Assembly: GCA_964016885.1 (NCBI GenBank)
Contig: OZ024743.1
Coordinates: 377,890,001-377,954,000, forward strand
Direction: 5' to 3'
DNA: 64,000 bases
DNA from: Eledone cirrhosa
Taxonomy: Eukaryota
Shown here: positions 61,533 to 64,000 of the stretch, in pieces
How the letters are laid out: each line of letters starts with the position of its first letter
How positions within the stretch are numbered: position 1 is the first letter of the stretch
Made by a program: the position numbers and the translations under genes
Notes under the pieces: model-generated
Databases searched by the model: none
Told to the model about the DNA's origin: nothing
Seen by the model: only the letters and a program-made list of their open reading frames with translations

Positions 61533-62429
61533 TAACAGTTTATAAGATCTACTGTACCACTGTCATCATTTTAAACAATGTTCAGCAGAAATGTTACACA
61601 TATATTGATATCACTTCAAGGCAGCAGATTGTCAGAGTCAATAGAACATCAAATAGAATGCTTTACAGTACCTTTTCCAGCTCTCTGCCCTCTGAATTCA
61701 AATCCCACAAAGGCCAACAATGCCTTTCATCCTTTCAAGGTTGATAAAAATTTACCAGTCCAACTTCCTCTCTCACACTCTCTGTCTTTCTTAAGGAGGG
61801 CCTCCAACAGGAAAATATCCAAGAAATGCTGTATATCATTCTGTAGCTCGTCTAGAATGCCCAAGAAAATCTGATATGATGTAAGTCTACTACAAAAACA
61901 ATAACTCACATCATGTGATCTTCTTTGAATTATTACTTTAGGACTACATGGAGTTCTAACAATGTTATGGGCCCTACCACAAAAAGAGAGATACCAGTAT
62001 ATATATCATCATCATCATCGTCATTGTTGTTTTAACATCCACTTTCCCTGCTAGCAAGTGTTGAACACACACACATATATATGTATATATAAACAAATTA
62101 TCTCGAAAATAGAGTTTTGAGATGCAAGTGTATTAGGATTCTCAGGAAAATGGGAAAACTTGGCGTATGTAAGCTGTTAGAACAGCAAAATACCGTCGAA
62201 GCAGTGTTGGGTGAAATATTACCACGAAGGACAGAGATCAGTGGCTTGATGCGAGTTGACTCAAAGAAAGGAAAAGAGGATAGGAAGTAGGAAAAAGAAT
62301 GGATGAAAGTGAACAGGTCACAAACATATGCTCTTCAGATCTCAACCTCTTGCAGTTTCAACAAATCTTCCTTCATGTCAACTTACATCGAGCTGCATAT
62401 ATATACATATATATATCTAATATAGAAAT

Positions 62430-62481
62430 GGCTTCTACAGGACTAGAACTGTTTCACTTGAAGGAAATCACCAGGAAAGCC
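62430..62481 (-). ncRNA. Degenerate type I hammerhead ribozyme (family B)
   Basis: GGCTTTC-CTGGTGA-TTTCCTTCAAGT-GAAA-CAG ttctagtc CTG-TA|GAAGCC; one core substitution. Confidence 0.55.
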
Positions 62482-62670
62482 GACTATCAGAAGAGATCAC
62501 AGAATATATCATATAAGCAAATATTGCACCAAGAAAAATATAAACTTTGGCGAAGTTTATATATTTCTTGGTGCAATACTTGCTTATATATATATATACA
62601 TATGCAGAGGTTATATTTAATTTTAAAATGTTTATAATTGATATAAAGCACTCAACAGATAGTGGAGTAA

Positions 62671-63046
62671 ATATACAATATATTAATAAATGGAAACTAT
62701 ATTTATAAAACCATATTTATTTTATTATACATATTTCAAGGGCAACTAAGGCAAATTTTGGTGTGCTTTCATCAGATAAAATACAGATTTGTTTTATAAA
62801 TAAATATTGACATACCCGGAAAAAAAGACAACCTTAATGGTTGGAGCTTCCTGGATAGCTATCAAGGAAGCTCTAACCGTTAAGGTTGTCTTTTTTTCCG
62901 GGTATGTCAATATTTATTTATAAAACAAATCTGTATTTTATCTGATGAAAGCACACCATAATTTGCCTTGGTTGCCCTTGAAATATGTATAATAAAATAA
63001 ATATGGTTTTATAAATATAGTTTCCATTTATTAATATATTATATAT
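62671..63046. repeat. Near-perfect palindrome (~185-bp arms, centre GATAG|CTATC 62858/62859)
   Basis: Positions pair with sum 125717, with a handful of mismatches. Confidence 0.92.
62934..62999 (+). ncRNA. Type I hammerhead ribozyme motif (mirror copy at 62718-62783 on the minus strand)
   Basis: TATTTTAT-CTGATGA-[imperfect stem II]-GAAA-TATGTA-TA|ATAAAATA; 8-bp stem I. Confidence 0.7.
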
Positions 63047-63049
63047 ATA

Positions 63050-64000
63050 TATATATGTATGTTCTTCTGGTTTTATAATTTCACAAAGTTTTACCAATAG
63101 AGAGAGAGTCGGTTTCTAACATAGACACAAGGCTCTCTCATTGGAATTTACACAATATCAACTAGATAGATATGTATGTATGCATGTGTAGATATGGATG
63201 TTATTGTATGTGTGGATGTGGATGTTTTGAGTTGTATGTGTGCATGTGTATATGCTTTGCCTCTGTACATGTGTAAATGCAGTTACTAGATGCAAAATTT
63301 TTGGAATGTTTTACATATTTTTACTGTTCCATTAATGGATTGTACTTGTAATTTCCTAACTAGTTGTGTTCTTTCTGTTCCTGTGAAGCCTAGCTTCTCA
63401 AGATTTGTATTGAGGCAGTTACTAACATACCCCAGTGCCCCAATAATCACAGGCATAAATCTGAAGGTGTAATCAGGGTGGAGTATCTGCAGATTTCTCA
63501 TCAGTTTTGCATAAATATTCTCCTTTTCACTAATCTTTGATATTATATTGGCATCTGCTGGGCAGCTAATTTCCACTACTGAGCATGCTTTCTTCTCCCT
63601 GTCCCATATCATAATATCTGGTCTGTTATGCCTGCATTTTATTGGGGTTTTTACTAGAACATTCCACCAGTACTCTTTCATATTATGTACATGGATGTCT
63701 TCCACATTGCTGTAGCTTTTAATGTGTTTATTATCGGGGCTATCTTTTTTACGAACTGCATTGTACAGTGTTTTGGCCACTACATCATGCCTCATAGGTA
63801 GATAGTACCGCGATGACATCTTTGGACAGCTGCTGATGACATGGGTGATATCCTCGATGTTAGTTCACAGTCTACACTTGTTATCACATCTAGGTGTTTT
63901 GCCTGTATCCCTATCTCTTTTGTGAATCAGGTATTTCGTGTTCTTGGATTGCAAAAGCATATCCTTCAAAGTGGGAGCCAATATAGCGGTTGTTGGTCCA
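63050..64000 (-). mobile_element. R4/Dong-like non-LTR retrotransposon 3' end (restriction-like endonuclease), continues beyond window
   Basis: ORF 63286..63819 with RHD, RPD...VEISCP...K..EK..Y motifs; upstream disrupted CRL(C)...H.ISSC zinc knuckle; 3'UTR runs into (TA)n. Confidence 0.8.

Noticed and set aside
1300-61760. GTTCAAATCC B-box matches as tRNA genes
   Set aside because: They are heads of SINE copies; no cloverleaf is present.

Overview
AT-rich animal genomic DNA. The repeat content (RTE, CR1 and Tx1 LINEs, Nin/Deu-type SINEs, long (TA)n tracts) suggests a mollusc, most likely an octopus; this is an inference. Two spliced genes lie head-to-head. Rab30 (minus strand) has 4 coding exons at 9800-22648, encodes 201 aa and probably has a 5'UTR exon near 30.1 kb. 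PCF11 (plus strand) has 15 exons at 31414-53649 and encodes about 1862 aa: CID, RDPR motifs, a beta-repeat region, and zinc fingers flanking the Clp1-binding motif. The rest is decayed LINEs, SINEs and MITEs, plus a ~4 kb Tx1-like LINE with a 20-bp target-site duplication and the 3' end of an R4/Dong-like element. Three observations stand out. (1) Six non-coding fold-back (palindromic) elements sit in or beside (TA)n tracts and carry type I hammerhead-ribozyme motifs from four sequence families; the largest is an apparently perfect 1.1 kb palindrome. (2) PCF11 intron 1 has a weak donor, clustered poly(A) signals and candidate stop-containing exons, resembling vertebrate PCF11 autoregulation. 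(3) The RAB30-PCF11 divergent arrangement is also seen in human.
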